From: Camelus dromedarius
Lineage: Eukaryota
Direction of reading: 5' to 3'
Length of the DNA stretch: 64,000 nt
Assembly: GCF_036321535.1 (NCBI RefSeq)
Contig: NC_087450.1
Location: forward strand, 61,752,001-61,816,000
The notes under the pieces are model-generated. The model saw only the letters and a list, made by a program, of their open reading frames with translations, made no database searches and was not told the DNA's origin. A program made the translations under genes and the position numbers. Shown here piece after piece: positions 62,376-64,000 of this stretch; within the stretch, counting starts at the first letter, position 1; each line of letters begins with the position of its first letter.

Positions 62376-63570
62376 GCACAGACACGTTAGAGTTTGATGG
62401 GGTCTCACTTGTCTGTTCTCACTTATATTGCTTGTGCTGTTGGTGTCATATCCATCAAAGTAAAAGGCTTCTTTCGGGGTTTGGGATTAACAGATACACA
62501 CTACTACGTATAAAAGATAGGTAAACAACAAGGACTGCTGTATAGCACCAGGAACCATATTCAAGTTCTGTAATGAACTGTAATGAAAAAGAACCTTAAA
62601 ATACATATATGCAAAGGAGACATTCAACAGAGAGAAAAGGCAACCTGTGGAATGAGAGAAATACTTGCAAACCACATATATGTGTCTGATAATGAGTTAA
62701 CTTCCAAAGTGTATAAGGAACTCCTACAATTCATTAGCAAAAAAAACCTAATAACCTGATTTTTTTAATGGGCTAAAGACTTGAATAGACTTTTCTTCAA
62801 AGAAGACACACAGATGACCAACAGATACATGAAAAATGCTCAGTATCACTAATCATCAGGGAAATGTAAGTAGAAACTACAATGAGATCCCCTCACACCT
62901 GTTAGAATGGTGGTCATTGCGGGGGGCAGCAGGTGTGGGTGAGGATGTGGAGAAACTGGAACTCTTGTTCGCNNNNNNNNNNNNNNNNNNNNNNNNNNNN
63001 NNNNNNNNNNNNNNNNNNNNNNNNNNNNNNNNNNNNNNNNNNNNNNNNNNNNNNNNNNNNNNNNNNNNNNNNNNNNNNNNNNNNNNNNNNNNNNNNNNNN
63101 NNNNNNNNNNNNNNNAAATACAAGCACTCCTGTGTTCACTGCAGTGCGACTCACAACAGCCAGGATGTGGAAACAAACTAACAGACAGGCGGACACAGGA
63201 TAAGAAAATGTAGTATATACACAGGGTGGAATGTTGAAAAAGAAGGGAATCTGACAATCCGTGACCAAATGGATGAGTCCTGGGGACATTATGCTGAGTG
63301 GAATAAGCCCTCACAGGAGGACAAACACTGCCTGAGAGTTACTAGACTTGTGCACTCACAGGAGCACAGAGCAAAACGGTGGTGCAGGGGGAGAAAGGTG
63401 TGGGACGTCGTTCACAGGTACAGAGCCTCACTCACACAAGGCGAATCAGTTCTGGAGACCTGCTGTACGACGTGGCGCCCGTAGTTAACAACACTGTTTT
63501 CTGCAACTAAAAATCACGTGAAGTGTTCTTACCACAATAAAATACAATTTTAAAAAATAACAAAAGAAAA
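62376..63570 (+). mobile_element. L1MA-type ORF2 end and 3'UTR with inverted 5' piece; cetartiodactyl L1 3'UTR fragment at the junction
   Basis: Antisense ORF2 piece 62376-62460; L1 3'UTR piece 62475-62610; sense ORF2/3'UTR 62612-63570 ending ttcttaccacaataaaa plus A-rich tail. Confidence 0.8.
62973..63115. other. Assembly gap
   Basis: Run of N. Confidence 1.
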
Positions 63571-64000
63571 GAGGTTACCTATTTTGTTAAATATATATGG
63601 ATATTTGAAAGACTGAAAAGCCATCCTTAACCAGCTCTGAGGTGAGAACCGCTTAATAAGACTTCATCACATGAGTGTTAGAGCAGGCAGGTAGCTAGGT
63701 ATGAGCAGAGGAACGGGCCACAGGCCAAATGGAAGGGGGCCGTGCATCTTGGATCTCGTGAGCAACGGGGATCCCTGGGCAGACAGAGAAAAGCAGGAAC
63801 CTCTGGACTGATAGGAAATCACACATTTTGGGGTGACAAGTGTCCTGGAGGCCGACAAAGAAAGCTGGGAAAAGGCAGGAATCTCCAGGGTCTGAATGTA
63901 ACCTTTTGCTCGTTACACCCTCATTGCAATAAATTAGCCTTGCAGATTAGAAGTTCCCATCATGCACCGAGGTCATGACACTTCTGATCCAGACTAAATA

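Noticed and set aside
60478-63314. ORFs containing X runs
   Set aside because: Artefacts of translating through N gaps inside L1 fragments
1-64000. tRNA, rRNA, miRNA, numt, CRISPR or lineage-specific tRNA-derived SINEs
   Set aside because: None recognised by eye; tRNAscan-SE, Infernal/Rfam and RepeatMasker would be needed to exclude them formally

Overview
Mammalian genomic DNA, GC-rich and unusually CpG-retaining, with two N gaps (60512-60642, 62973-63115). The L1 3' ends are of the cetartiodactyl type, and I see no Alu, B1, Bov-tA, PRE-1 or Can-SINE, so a camelid draft assembly is my best guess (inference). I could not recognise any protein-coding gene, tRNA, rRNA or CRISPR array. The supplied ORFs look like chance ORFs in GC-rich or repeat DNA. 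The window reads as intronic/intergenic regulatory DNA containing ancient LINEs (L1, HAL1-like, L2), MIRs, about 7 MaLR (MLT1) LTRs, a MER58-type hAT element, microsatellites and several CpG islands. The main island (about 21.9-23.8 kb) has outward-facing splice donors and may be a promoter of an unidentified gene or lncRNA. Best oddities: a perfect 38-bp direct repeat 1.5 kb apart; two L1 insertions with twin-priming inversion geometry; a MIR tail expanded into a mucin-like pseudo-ORF; a perfect AGGTCATGACCT (TREpal/IR0) palindrome; and candidate minus-strand exons. No novel biological system is supported by the sequence. Repeat subfamily names are from recall of consensus sequences, not from a database search.
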